Shown here piece by piece: positions 39,803 to 49,800 of a stretch of 64,000 nt of DNA (position 1 is its first letter; each line of letters opens with the position of its first letter). The DNA is taken from assembly GCA_963761335.1 (NCBI GenBank), contig CAVXGR010000007.1, positions 103,651 through 167,650 of the forward strand. The letters are read 5' to 3'. The stretch comes from an uncultured delta proteobacterium. GTDB taxonomy: Bacteria > Desulfobacterota > Binatia > HRBIN30 > BPIQ01. Position numbers and translations under genes: made by a program. Below the pieces are notes generated by a model. That model did no database searches, was not told where the DNA came from, and was given only the letters and a program-made list of their open reading frames with translations.

Positions 39803-41659
39803 TCAGGAGCGCTCCCGCAGCGCCCTGGCCTTGCTCTGCAGCATCTGGAAGTAATCCGTCTCGGTGATCTCGGCGACCTGTCGCGCCCGCTTGCCGTCGT
39901 CCACCTGGATGTGCAGCTCGCGGATCTCGGCGCGCAGGCGCTCCTCGCGCAGATAGGCCTCCAGCGCCGCCGCCGCCAGCAGGGACAGCGACTCGATGAT
40001 CGGCTGCAGGGCCGGGTCAAAAGGCACCACGGCACCCGTGCTGCGGTCCACGGCGTTGATCAGCTGCAGGACGCCGATGACCCGATCCTTGCTCTTCAGC
40101 GGCACGGTGAGAAAGGAGGTCGATCGGTAGCCGGTGCTCTCGTCGAAGGCCCGCGTTCCCGAGAACTCGAAGCCCTCGGCGCAGTAGGCATCGGCGATGC
40201 TCATCGAGTTGCCGGTGATCGCCGCCCAGGTGGCGACGTTGGAGAGGTTGGGATTGCCGGCGGTGTCGCGCAGCTGCAGCGGTGGGAAGAGGATCGGTTG
40301 CTCCGAGCTGCCGCCCAGGGCCACACCCAGCGAGTCGTTGCGCAGGATGACGAACTCGAGCGTCTCCTCGGCGCTGCGCAGGTACAGCGTGCCGCCGTCG
40401 GCGTTGCACAGCGACTTCGCCTCGACCAGGATCGCCTCGAGCAGACGGTCGAAGTTGGTCTCCTGCATCAGGGCGACGCCGATGGGAATGACCGCCTTCA
40501 CCAGGTTCTCGACGCGCTGGCGCTCCGCCTCGGCCTTCTGTCGCAGCGCCGTGAGCTCCGCCCGCAGATCCTTCTCGGCCGCCGAAGGGGCAGCCGTCGG
40601 GGCGGCAGGGGAGGCGGCGGCCGCCGCAGGGCGTCGCGCCGACAGCGCCGCCTCGAATTCGCCGGCGCGGCCACGCGGCTCGAACAGGTGCAGCCCGAAC
40701 TGCTCGGCGAGATCGATGAAGACCTTGATGCCGCGCACGCTGTTGCCGTGCTCGTCGAGGGGCGGCGAGAAGACGGCGATGCCGGCCTTGCCGGGCACCA
40801 CGCCGATGATGCCACCGGCCACGCCGCTCTTCGCGGGCATGCCGACGCGGTACACCCACTCGCCCGCGAAGTCGTACATGCCGCAGGTCTGCATGACACT
40901 GAGAACGTCGCGGATGTAGCGCGCCTCGACGGCGCGCTCGCCGGTGAGCGGGTTGACGCCGTCGTTCGCCAGCGTCGCCGCCATCACCGCCAGGTCACGG
41001 CAGCTCACCAGCACCGAGCACTGCTTGAAGTACAGGTCCAGGGTGTCCTCGATGTCGTCGCCGATCATGCTGAAGTTGCGCATCAGGTGGGCGATGGCGC
41101 GATTGCGATGGCCGGTGGCTCGCTCCGAGGTGAACACGCCCATGTCGATCATGACGTCGTGGCCGACGTAGCGGCGGAACATGTCGAGCATGCGGTTCAG
41201 CCGCGCCGGGGCGTCGACATCCCGGATCAGGTTGGCGGCGGCAATGGCGCCGGCATTGACCATCGGGTTGTGCGGGCGCTTCGATTTCTCGTCGAGCTTG
41301 ACGATCGAGTTGAAGGCGTCGCCGGTGGGCTCGACGCCAATGCGCGCCAGCACCGCGTCGCGCCCGTGCATCTCCAGCGCCAGCCCGTAGACGAACGGCT
41401 TGGAGATCGACTGAATCGTGAAGGTCTGATCGGCCTGACCGAAGGCGAACGCCTCACCCCCGGCGGTCACCACGCTGACGCCGAACCAGTCGGGATCGGC
41501 CCTCGACAGCTCGGGAATGTAGTCGGCCACCTTGCCCTCGCCGGCCGACTGATGACGCTGATGTACGTCCTTGAGGATCGTCCGCAGCGGCGATGCCGCC
41601 GAGCGAAACTGACCCACCAGCGCCGCGAGGTTGTCCGTCTGCGATGGCTTCTCCGTCAT
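39803..41659 (-). CDS. glsA: Glutaminase A fused to a GAF domain and a coiled-coil tail
   Basis: [15 protein letters not shown] (SxxK), [28 protein letters not shown]; then [31 protein letters not shown]. Confidence 0.9.
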   Translation of the reverse strand: MTEKPSQTDNLAALVGQFRSAASPLRTILKDVHQRHQSAGEGKVADYIPELSRADPDWFGVSVVTAGGEAFAFGQADQTFTIQSISKPFVYGLALEMHGRDAVLARIGVEPTGDAFNSIVKLDEKSKRPHNPMVNAGAIAAANLIRDVDAPARLNRMLDMFRRYVGHDVMIDMGVFTSERATGHRNRAIAHLMRNFSMIGDDIEDTLDLYFKQCSVLVSCRDLAVMAATLANDGVNPLTGERAVEARYIRDVLSVMQTCGMYDFAGEWVYRVGMPAKSGVAGGIIGVVPGKAGIAVFSPPLDEHGNSVRGIKVFIDLAEQFGLHLFEPRGRAGEFEAALSARRPAAAAASPAAPTAAPSAAEKDLRAELTALRQKAEAERQRVENLVKAVIPIGVALMQETNFDRLLEAILVEAKSLCNADGGTLYLRSAEETLEFVILRNDSLGVALGGSSEQPILFPPLQLRDTAGNPNLSNVATWAAITGNSMSIADAYCAEGFEFSGTRAFDESTGYRSTSFLTVPLKSKDRVIGVLQLINAVDRSTGAVVPFDPALQPIIESLSLLAAAALEAYLREERLRAEIRELHIQVDDGKRARQVAEITETDYFQMLQSKARALRERS

Positions 41660-41870
41660 TGGTGCTTGTGGCGTTCAAGCAAGCCGGAGGCCGACAAACG
41701 CGCCCAATGACAAACGGACGGCTGGAAGCAATTGCCCAACATCTGCCGCCATATTCAGCAGTGCCTGCCCGCCTCGCAGGCAGACGTAGAAGAAGGCGGC
41801 GTCTCGCCGTCTGGCCGCGCCGCTTCGGGGAACATCGGGACGGCACTCCCCGGGAATTCGCACCTCTCGT

Positions 41871-42145
41871 GTCGCCCCGTCAGGAGCGTCGGCGTGTAGC
41901 CCCGTCAGGGGCGCCGGCGTGTCGCCCCGTCAGGAGCGTCGGCGTGTAGCCCCGTCAGGGGCGTCGGCGTGTCGCCCCGTCAGGGGCGTCGGCGTGTCGC
42001 CCCGTCAGGGGCGTCGGCGTGTCGCCCCGTCAGGGGCGTCGGCGTGTCGCCCCGTCAGGGGCGTCGGCGTGTAGCCCCGTCAGGGGCGTCGGCGTGTCGC
42101 CCCGTCAGGGGCGTCGGCGTGTCGCCCCGTCAGGGGCGTCGGCGT
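41871..42145. repeat. 11 x 25-bp tandem hairpin repeat
   Basis: Unit gt(c/a)gccccgtcagg(g/a)gcgtcggcgt at an exact 25-bp period. Confidence 0.95.
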
Positions 42146-42310
42146 GTAGCCCCGGGTGCAACCCGGGGAAGATACGCGGTCTCTCGTGGCGCGCCCCGTC
42201 AGGGGCGCGGGCACATGCCTGCACCCCTCCGGGGCGCTTGATCCTGGCCAACGGAACACCATTCCCCGGGTTGCACCCGGGGCTACACGCCTGCGCCCCT
42301 TCCGGGGCGA
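42146..42310. repeat. GTAG-family REP doublet (REPIN/BIME-like)
   Basis: GTAGCCCCGGGTGCAACCCGGGG ... CCCCGGGTTGCACCCGGGGCTAC with inner GCCCC-N3-GGGGC hairpins. Confidence 0.85.
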
Positions 42311-42384
42311 TCGGGCCTACACGTTCGCGCCCCCCCGGGGGGGCAATAACGTTCAAGCTCGAGGGAAGCGGCGCGACGCCGCTT

Positions 42385-43410
42385 CTACCGCGGACGATCC
42401 CGTCGCAGCTGGCGGGGCCGCAAAATCGGCACGCCGCGCGCCGGCGAGCCGGCGCGGCGAACCCCCCAGACGCGCTGGCGTCCGAATCCCTTCAGCACCA
42501 GGCGCCGCACACGGCGCAGCTCGAAGGCGGGGTGATCGCGGATCTGCTCCGCCAGCTCGTCGGCCACGAGGATGCTCCCCGGCCGTGCCGCGTCGACCAG
42601 CCGGCTGGCGAGGTTCACCGTGGTGCCGAAGAAGTCCCCCTCCCAGGCGAGCGTCGAGCCGATCGCCAGACCGACGCGCAGGTCGGGGAGAAGATCTTCG
42701 GCGGCGGCGGCCTCGACCAGCCCGAGCGCGATCTCCACCGCGGTGGCGGCGTCGTCGGCGACGAACATCACCTCGTCGCCGATCATCTTGACGACCCGGC
42801 CGCCGCGTTCGGGGATCTGCTCGTAGGCGAGGCCCTCGAAGCGATCGATGGTGGCGGCGAGCTGGCGCTCGTCGAGCTGCCGCGTCAACGCCGTGAAGCC
42901 CACGAGGTCGGCGAAGCCGACGGCGAGCACGTGATCGCCGGGCTGGCCGTCCGCGCCGGCGGAGAAGCGCGCCAGCGCCGCCAGCAGATGGCGCCGCCAC
43001 ACGTAGCTGACCAGGGCCTCCAGGCCGGGCACCCGGTTGCGGGTGCGTTCGATCATGGCCTCGAAGTCGGCCTGAACTCCGGGGCGCAGCTCGATGGATT
43101 CGGCGGTGGCCGCCACCTGGGCTTCGGCGAGCCGCGCCAGCGACTGGCCGGTCACCCGCGTCAGCTGCAGCAGCGTCTCGGGCGGCGTGCCGCCGCTCTC
43201 CGCCAGCTGCCGGGCCGCCTGCAGCATGGCGACGTCGAAACGGGTGAAGACCCGCTCGCCGTCGGGGACCGGGGGAAAGCCGAGACCTCGCCACAGGCGC
43301 CGCACCTCGTCGATGTCGGCTCCGGCCGCCGCCGCCACCTCGATCGGCGTCAGCTCGGGCTCGCCGATCAGCACCGAGGTGAGGGCGCGAAGTGCAGCGG
43401 AGAGGTCCAC
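42385..43410 (-). CDS. Class III adenylate cyclase with an Rv1264-like N-terminal regulatory domain
   Basis: RRLWRGLGFP; GFADLVGFT, VKMIGDEVM, GDFFGTTVNLASRL, LKGF. Confidence 0.9.
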   Translation of the reverse strand: MDLSAALRALTSVLIGEPELTPIEVAAAAGADIDEVRRLWRGLGFPPVPDGERVFTRFDVAMLQAARQLAESGGTPPETLLQLTRVTGQSLARLAEAQVAATAESIELRPGVQADFEAMIERTRNRVPGLEALVSYVWRRHLLAALARFSAGADGQPGDHVLAVGFADLVGFTALTRQLDERQLAATIDRFEGLAYEQIPERGGRVVKMIGDEVMFVADDAATAVEIALGLVEAAAAEDLLPDLRVGLAIGSTLAWEGDFFGTTVNLASRLVDAARPGSILVADELAEQIRDHPAFELRRVRRLVLKGFGRQRVWGVRRAGSPARGVPILRPRQLRRDRPR

Positions 43411-43420
43411 GGCGCGGCCT

Positions 43421-44938
43421 TCACAGGCCCAGGAACGTGCGGATGCGCTGCAGCAGCCGCTGCGCCGCCGGGTCGCGTTCGAAGGGCGGCATCTCGTCCT
43501 CGGCACGGCGCTGGGCGCGCTGCGCCTCGCTGCGGTGCGTCGCCACCTGGCTGATCGGCTCGAGCACGCTCGGATCGGCGGCGACGATTTCCTGGAAGGC
43601 GCCGCGTCCCACCTCGAGAACCGAGACGTCCTCGCGCGCCATCACCGTCGCCGAGCGCGTCTCGCCGGCGAGCAGGCTCATCTCCCCGAAGTACTCTCCG
43701 GGCCCGAGCTGGGCGATGCTGCGGCCCTTGCGGCCGTTGGCCTTGCCGATCAGGACGTCGACCGTGCCGTGCTCGATCAGGTAGAACGACTCTCCCGCAT
43801 CGCCCTCGCGCACGATCGCCTCGCCACTGCCGTAGAGGATGCGGCGCACCTGCTGGCCGAGCGTGCGGATCTCCTCGGGGCGCAGAGGCGCAAAGAGCGG
43901 CACCCGCGAGAGCGCCGCCGCCACGTCGCCGATGGCGAGCGGCGATTCCGGCGCCTCGCTGTGGATGAAGAGGTCGCGCGCCGGGAAGGGGATGCGCACA
44001 TCGGCGCGCCGCAGGGCGTACCAGAGATTGGTCATCAGCCGGTCGCGGATGCGCTCGAGCTCTCCGAAGTCATCGATCCAGTAGCGGACGTTGTAGGCGA
44101 TACCGCTCTCGTTGTAGCTGGTCGTACGCACCTCCGCCGCCGGATGGGAGAGGACCGCCGGCTCTCCGGCGAGCACGGAGAGCACGGCGCGTTTGACGGC
44201 GTGCGGCGGCGCCTCGTACGCCGCCTCGAAGGTGAGGGTGTCGCCGTGGCGCGGATCGGGTCGCGAATAGTTCACCACCGGCTCGCGCGTCATATAGGTG
44301 TTGGGCAGGGTGACGAACTGGTTGACGCGCGTGCGGATGCGGGTGGTGCGCCAGCCGGTCTCCACGACCTGCCCCTCGAAGTCGCCGACGTGCACCCAGT
44401 CCGACGGATGGAAGGGATCCTCGAGCTCGAGCACCAAGCCGTTGATCACGCTGCTGAGGACGTCCTGGAAGGCGAGCCCGACGATGGCGGTGAGCACCGC
44501 GGAGGTCGCCACCAGCGACGCCAGGTTGATGTCGAGGGTGAAGCGCAGCACCGCCAGGATGATCAGGAAGTACACCAACACGCTGCCGACGTCGCGGATG
44601 ATGGTCGACACGGCGGCGCCGCGGCGCTCGCGCAGATGGAAGTCGACGAGCAGGACGAGGACCACCCGGACCGAGCCGATGGCAGCCGCCGCGATGCTGA
44701 AGGCGTCGAGATACAGGTAGACGCTCATCGAGCCGGCAGCGGCGGCGAGGCCGGCAAGCATCGCCGCAATCACCCCCAGAGCCATCAGGGTGAAGGACGA
44801 GTCGAGCCGCCGGCCGAAACGCGTGCGCCGCAACCCGGCGCGCAGAATCAACACCAGCAGCAGCGCGATGCCCAGCAGGAGCTCGCTCCACCCTGGATGT
44901 TCGTTGGCGATCGATATCCAGTCCCGCAAGAGATCCAT
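43421..44938 (-). CDS. MscS-family mechanosensitive channel with a C-terminal cNMP-binding domain
   Basis: TSAVLTAIVGLAFQD, DWVHVG..GQV..WRTT, IPFP; then IVREGDAG..YFGEMSLLAGETRSATV. Confidence 0.92.
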   Translation of the reverse strand: MDLLRDWISIANEHPGWSELLLGIALLLVLILRAGLRRTRFGRRLDSSFTLMALGVIAAMLAGLAAAAGSMSVYLYLDAFSIAAAAIGSVRVVLVLLVDFHLRERRGAAVSTIIRDVGSVLVYFLIILAVLRFTLDINLASLVATSAVLTAIVGLAFQDVLSSVINGLVLELEDPFHPSDWVHVGDFEGQVVETGWRTTRIRTRVNQFVTLPNTYMTREPVVNYSRPDPRHGDTLTFEAAYEAPPHAVKRAVLSVLAGEPAVLSHPAAEVRTTSYNESGIAYNVRYWIDDFGELERIRDRLMTNLWYALRRADVRIPFPARDLFIHSEAPESPLAIGDVAAALSRVPLFAPLRPEEIRTLGQQVRRILYGSGEAIVREGDAGESFYLIEHGTVDVLIGKANGRKGRSIAQLGPGEYFGEMSLLAGETRSATVMAREDVSVLEVGRGAFQEIVAADPSVLEPISQVATHRSEAQRAQRRAEDEMPPFERDPAAQRLLQRIRTFLGL

Positions 44939-45154
44939 CGGGGCTCTCGTTTCCCGAGCCGATGAAATAGCGCCAACTGCCGGGGGGACACAACACATGA
45001 GCCATACGGCTCCCCCGCAGAAGATGAAACTGATGTCGGAAGGGACGGAAGGGGACAGTGCATCATGAGCCTTGCGGCTCGCCAGCAGACGATGAAGATG
45101 AGGCGGGGGTTCTGGCCCGGGAAGAGATTTGGCGGTTCTGACCTCGGCGAAGTT

Positions 45155-46068
45155 CGCCCCGAAGGGGCGGCGGCGTGTAGCCCCGGGTGAAACCCGGGGA
45201 AAAATGCACCGTCCGTCATGCGCGCCCCCCCAGGGGCGCGGGCAAATTTTCGTCGATGTCGCGCCTGTACGCCGATGATCACCGCTGGGTGCGTGGGAAG
45301 CTCATCAGCGTGATGCACGCGGTCTCCACGCCTGCGCCCCTGCGGGGCGCTTATCTGGGCAATCGAACGCGGTCCCCGGGTGAAACCCGGGGAAAATGCG
45401 CGCTACGTCATACGCGCCCCCCCAGGGGCGCGGGCAAATTTTCGTCGATGTCGCGCCTGTACGCCGATGATCACCGCTGGGTGCGTGGGAAGCTCATCAA
45501 CGTGATGCACGCGGTCTCCACGCCTGCGCCCCTGCGGGGCGCTTATCTGGGCAATCGAACGCGGTCCCCGGGTGAAACCCGGGGAAAATGCGCGCTACGT
45601 CATACGCGCCCCCCCAGGGGCGCGGGCAAATTTTCGTCGATGTCGCGCCTGTACGCCGATGATCACCGCTGGGTGCGTGGGAAGCTCATCAACGTGATGC
45701 ACGCGGTCTCCACGCCTGCGCCCCTGCGGGGCGCTCATCTGGGCAATCGAACGCGGTCCCCGGGTGAAACCCGGGGAAAATGCGCGCTACGTCATACGCG
45801 CCCCCCCAGGGGCGCGGGCAAATTTTCGTCGATGTCGCGCCTGTACGCCGATGATCACCGCTGGGTGCGTGGGAAGCTCATCAACGTGATGCACGCGGTC
45901 TCCACGCCTGCGCCCCTGCGGGGCGCTCATCTGGGCAATCGAACGCGGTCCCCGGGTTGGCACCCGGGGCTCCACGCCTGCGCCCCTGCGGGGCGCTTAT
46001 CTGGGCAATCGAACGCGGTCCCCGGGTTGGCACCCGGGGCTACATGCCCGCGCCCCTGCGGGGCGATC
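45155..46068. repeat. REP-bounded array of four ~192-bp tandem units plus two short terminal units
   Basis: Units start at 45181, 45374, 45566 and 45758 (next boundary 45950); GTAG-CCCCGGGTGAAACCCGGGG at the left end, CCCCGGGTTGGCACCCGGGG-CTAC at the right. Confidence 0.92.
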
Positions 46069-46351
46069 AGCTCCACCCCAGCGCCGGGGCTCCGCCAGAC
46101 CTTCACCCAAGACATTTTCGGAGCAGGCTTTAGTAAAGCGTCATGTCGCCGAAAAGGAGCCAGTCCCCTTGTGCGCTTCCTCACCTACCGGCACTGGGGC
46201 AAGGCGGAGCCCCCCCGAAACGGCGCACAGCATCCGCTCAGTGCGTTTTTGTTTGCTGCAACGCGGCCGTACTGATAGGAACGTGCTTCATACATTTTGT
46301 ATTATCGTCGGCGTTGTAAAAGGGGCAGCGCCGAGCGAACGGGACGACACC

Positions 46352-48310
46352 ATGCTCCGCGAACTCTCGATCAGAGACCTGCTACCCCCGCTCGTCGCCG
46401 CTGCCCTAGTGCTCTCCGGCTGCGGCGGTGGGTCCTCGACGCCCGGTGCGCCTTCTGTGGGCGGCAGCAGCGGCGGCCTCAGCTTCCGCGCCGTCTGGCA
46501 GCAGCCAGGCTCGACACACGCCGTCACCCTCGACGGGCGCAGTGGCTCGCAGCGGCGCGCCCAAACGGCCGGTGGCTTCGGGCCGGAGCTGCCGCCGTCG
46601 GTGCGCACCGTGCGCCTCACGCTCGCCGCCACCGGGCAGCCGGCGTGCTGTCTGGCCATCGACGTCGCCTCCGGGCAGCGCTCCGTCGTTCTCGACGAGA
46701 TTCCCGCCGGACCGGCAAGCGTCAGTGTCGCCGGCTTCCCCGGCGACTTCGCCGAGGCCCCCGCGGGCGTCACCGCGACCTGCCGCACCGTGTCCGCCGA
46801 CGCCGGCAAGCCGTGCGAGCCAGCGGGTCTGGCGATGCCCAGCTTCCTGAGCGCCACGCACGACGTCGAGATCATCGGCGGCGCCGAGACCGACGCCGGC
46901 GACATCGAGGTGCTGGCCGTCCCCTTTCTCTCGGATTACGCTCCCGCCGCCGACCAGGTGATCGCCAGCCCCGTGGCCATGCAGTTCACCGTCGTCGACG
47001 CGGCCAGCGGCGTCGACCCGCAATCGATCACCGCCGGCATCAGTCAGGGCGGCGGGACGCCCTCGGTCCTGCCGCTGACGCTCGAGAGCTGCGACGACGC
47101 CTCGGCCACCCCCTGCACCGCCAACGGCGCTCTCGGCGTCTCCGGATACCGGGTCCGCCGCGCCGCCGACGCGGTCGCTCCGGGCGCGGTCTCGGCCCAC
47201 GTCGAGGCGGCCAACTTCGTCGCCGCCGCCAGCCCGCTGCGCTTCGACTACAGCTTTGTGATCGCCACGCCGACGGTCACCTCGACGCCAACCGCCACCG
47301 ACACCCCGACACAGACGCCGACGCAGACGCCGACCTCGACCGACACCCCGACACAGACACCGACGGAGACGCCGACCAGCACCCATACGCCGACGCGGAC
47401 GCCGACGACCACCCACACGCCGACACACACCCCGACCTTCACCTCGACGCCGACGCAGACGCCGACGGCAACTCCGACGAGCACGCATACGCCGACGCAG
47501 ACGCCGACCACCACGCCGACCTCGACACACACCCCGACCGAGACGCCAACGGGGACTCACACGAGCACGTCGACACCGACGCGGACGCCGACCTCGACGT
47601 CGACGCCCACGGAGACCCCGACCTCGACGTCGACGCCGACCTCGAGCCCGACGCACACACCGACCTTCACCTCGACGCCGACGCAGACGCCGACCTCGAC
47701 CTTCACGCCGACCTTGACGCCCACATCGACACCGACATTCACGCCGACGCGCACCCACACGCCGACGGCGACGCCGACGCGCACACCGACCTCGACGCCG
47801 ACGCGCACGCCGACCTCGACCGCGACCTTCACTCCGACGGCGACGGCGACGGTCACCCGCACCTCGACTCCGGGGATCTTCCCGCCGCGCTCCAACATCG
47901 GCTCGACCTCGGCTCCGCCGGGAGGCACGGCCACCGTCCCCATCAGCCTCCTCAGCGGCGGTCTCAAGCTGACCCACATGGAGCAGTTCGACTTCCTCTT
48001 CGATCCCGACGTCTTCAGCCTGTCCGGCTGCCAGTCTGCGGTCGCCGGCAAGCAGACCACGGCAACGGAGACGGCGGACGGCCGCGTCAGCGTGAGCCTC
48101 AGCGGCGATCCGTCGGTTCTCGCCGACGGCACCATCGCCCGCTGCACCCTCGATGTCAGCCCCCAGGCCATCCCGGGCGACTACCCGGTGCTCTTCGACA
48201 TCGCCGTCTTCGTCGATGATGCCGGCGTCCGCTACGCTTCGGCGGGAAGCAACGGCCAGATCACCATCCGCGTCACCGGAGCCGGAGGTCAGGCCGAGGA
48301 ACTGCCGTGA
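46352..48310 (+). CDS. Surface lipoprotein with a long Thr/Pro linker and a C-terminal cohesin-like domain
   Basis: Lipobox LSGC; ~200 aa of TP repeats; [26 protein letters not shown]. Confidence 0.8.
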   Translation: MLRELSIRDLLPPLVAAALVLSGCGGGSSTPGAPSVGGSSGGLSFRAVWQQPGSTHAVTLDGRSGSQRRAQTAGGFGPELPPSVRTVRLTLAATGQPACCLAIDVASGQRSVVLDEIPAGPASVSVAGFPGDFAEAPAGVTATCRTVSADAGKPCEPAGLAMPSFLSATHDVEIIGGAETDAGDIEVLAVPFLSDYAPAADQVIASPVAMQFTVVDAASGVDPQSITAGISQGGGTPSVLPLTLESCDDASATPCTANGALGVSGYRVRRAADAVAPGAVSAHVEAANFVAAASPLRFDYSFVIATPTVTSTPTATDTPTQTPTQTPTSTDTPTQTPTETPTSTHTPTRTPTTTHTPTHTPTFTSTPTQTPTATPTSTHTPTQTPTTTPTSTHTPTETPTGTHTSTSTPTRTPTSTSTPTETPTSTSTPTSSPTHTPTFTSTPTQTPTSTFTPTLTPTSTPTFTPTRTHTPTATPTRTPTSTPTRTPTSTATFTPTATATVTRTSTPGIFPPRSNIGSTSAPPGGTATVPISLLSGGLKLTHMEQFDFLFDPDVFSLSGCQSAVAGKQTTATETADGRVSVSLSGDPSVLADGTIARCTLDVSPQAIPGDYPVLFDIAVFVDDAGVRYASAGSNGQITIRVTGAGGQAEELP

Positions 48311-49800
48311 ACCGCTGCGTTCCGCTGGCGCTCGCCGCCGTCTGCGTTCTCGCGGCGAGCGCCGGTTACGCCTCGCAGGAGTCGCAGCGCCTCTACTCGC
48401 TCGGCCTGGTCGAGTTTCACGCCGGCCGCTTCGAGCGCGCCCTGGATCTCTTCGACCGCGCCACCCAGGCCGACCCGCGCGATCCCTACGCGCGCTACTA
48501 TCGCGGCGTTACCGAGGGACGCCTGAACCGACTCGATGACGCCATTGCCGACCTGCGCGCCGCCCTGGAGATCAAGCCCGATCTGGACCAGGCCCGCCTC
48601 GACCTCGGCGTGGCGCTCGAGCAGTCGGGCGACTATACGGCGGCGGCGGAGACCCTGGCGCGCGCCCAGGCGGCGCCCAGCACCGAGGCCGAGGCCTCGC
48701 TGTTTCTCGGCATCGCGCAGCTCCGCCTGCATCAGATCGAAGCGGCACAGGTCAATTTCCAGCGCGCCGCCGAACACGATGCGAATCTGCGCGTCCAGAG
48801 CCTCTACTATCAAGGGGTGAGCGACTACGAGTCCGGCAACCTGGCGAGCGCTCGAGAGCGCTTCACCGAGGTCGCCGCCGCCGGCACGGCGACCGAGATC
48901 GGGCGCGAGGCCAACGCCTTCCTCGCCAAGATCCGCGAGGTCCAGCGCAGCCGCTACGAGCTGCACGGCGCCGTCGGCTTCGAGTACGACTCCAACGTGG
49001 TGCTGGCCACCGACGACACCTCGGCCGGCAGCTCTCTGGCGATCAGCAACCGAGCGGACGGCCGCTTCACCCTCGCCACCGGCGGCTCCGCCGTCGCCTG
49101 GCGCAGCGAGCAGTCGCAGCTTTCCGTCGGCTACGATTTCTTTCAGAGCCTGCATTTCGACCTGACGTCGTTCAACCTTCAGAACCACTCGCTGCGGGCC
49201 GCCTTCTCCTCGGCGCGCAGCATCGTGGATTACGGCATCGCCGGCTCGTACGACTTCTACCTGCTCGACACCGACGGCTTCCTGCACGAGTTCAGCGCCC
49301 TGCCCTGGCTCACCGTTCCCGAGGGCAAGCTCGGAAGAACGGAGCTGTTCTACCGGGTGCGGCGCCGGCAGTTCATCCAGGAGGTGTACACCGAGCGCAG
49401 CGCCCTGAACCACTCGCTCGGCCTGCAGCAGTTCTTCTATCTCGGCGGCAAAGCGGACCGCTATCTCCTCGCCGGCTACCGCTTCGACCGCGAGGATCCC
49501 ATCCGCGCCGACGGCGATCAGTTCTCCTACGACGGCCATGAGCTCGACCTCGGCGTCGGCTGGCTGTTCCCGCAGAAGATCCTCGGGCAGGTCTCCTACG
49601 AGTTCCGCCACGAGATGTACGCCCCCGAGAGCAACGGCCGTCTCGACGACGAGAGCCGCTTCGTGGTTCTGGCGCAGAAGCAGCTCACCGACCGCCTGAC
49701 GCTGACGGCCGCCTACTTCGGCAACATCAACAACTCGAACACGCTCGGCTTCGACTACACACGGCATATCGGGTCACTGACATTGGAAATGAGGCTCTAG
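48307..49800 (+). CDS. TPR + outer-membrane beta-barrel protein (Slam/DUF560-like)
   Basis: Signal peptide; ~5 TPR repeats; GFEYDSNV barrel start; alternating strands to ..LTLEMRL. Confidence 0.8.
   Translation: MNRCVPLALAAVCVLAASAGYASQESQRLYSLGLVEFHAGRFERALDLFDRATQADPRDPYARYYRGVTEGRLNRLDDAIADLRAALEIKPDLDQARLDLGVALEQSGDYTAAAETLARAQAAPSTEAEASLFLGIAQLRLHQIEAAQVNFQRAAEHDANLRVQSLYYQGVSDYESGNLASARERFTEVAAAGTATEIGREANAFLAKIREVQRSRYELHGAVGFEYDSNVVLATDDTSAGSSLAISNRADGRFTLATGGSAVAWRSEQSQLSVGYDFFQSLHFDLTSFNLQNHSLRAAFSSARSIVDYGIAGSYDFYLLDTDGFLHEFSALPWLTVPEGKLGRTELFYRVRRRQFIQEVYTERSALNHSLGLQQFFYLGGKADRYLLAGYRFDREDPIRADGDQFSYDGHELDLGVGWLFPQKILGQVSYEFRHEMYAPESNGRLDDESRFVVLAQKQLTDRLTLTAAYFGNINNSNTLGFDYTRHIGSLTLEMRL

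Noticed and set aside
41871..42145. CRISPR array or repeat-protein ORFs (41969-42241, 42019-43554)
   Set aside because: There are no spacers; the 25-bp period is not a multiple of 3; the ORFs are by-products of GC-rich repeats
45155..46068. CRISPR array
   Set aside because: The 'spacers' are near-identical, the period is 192 bp, and no cas genes are present; it is a tandem REP amplification
45187..46275. 362-aa repeat protein as a bona fide CDS
   Set aside because: It starts inside a REP hairpin with no RBS and is mostly palindromic DNA; kept only as a hypothesis in the findings
47265..47870. Thr/Pro codon repeats as a DNA repeat element or diversity-generating target
   Set aside because: Explained by a low-complexity protein linker; there is no reverse transcriptase or TR/VR pair in the window
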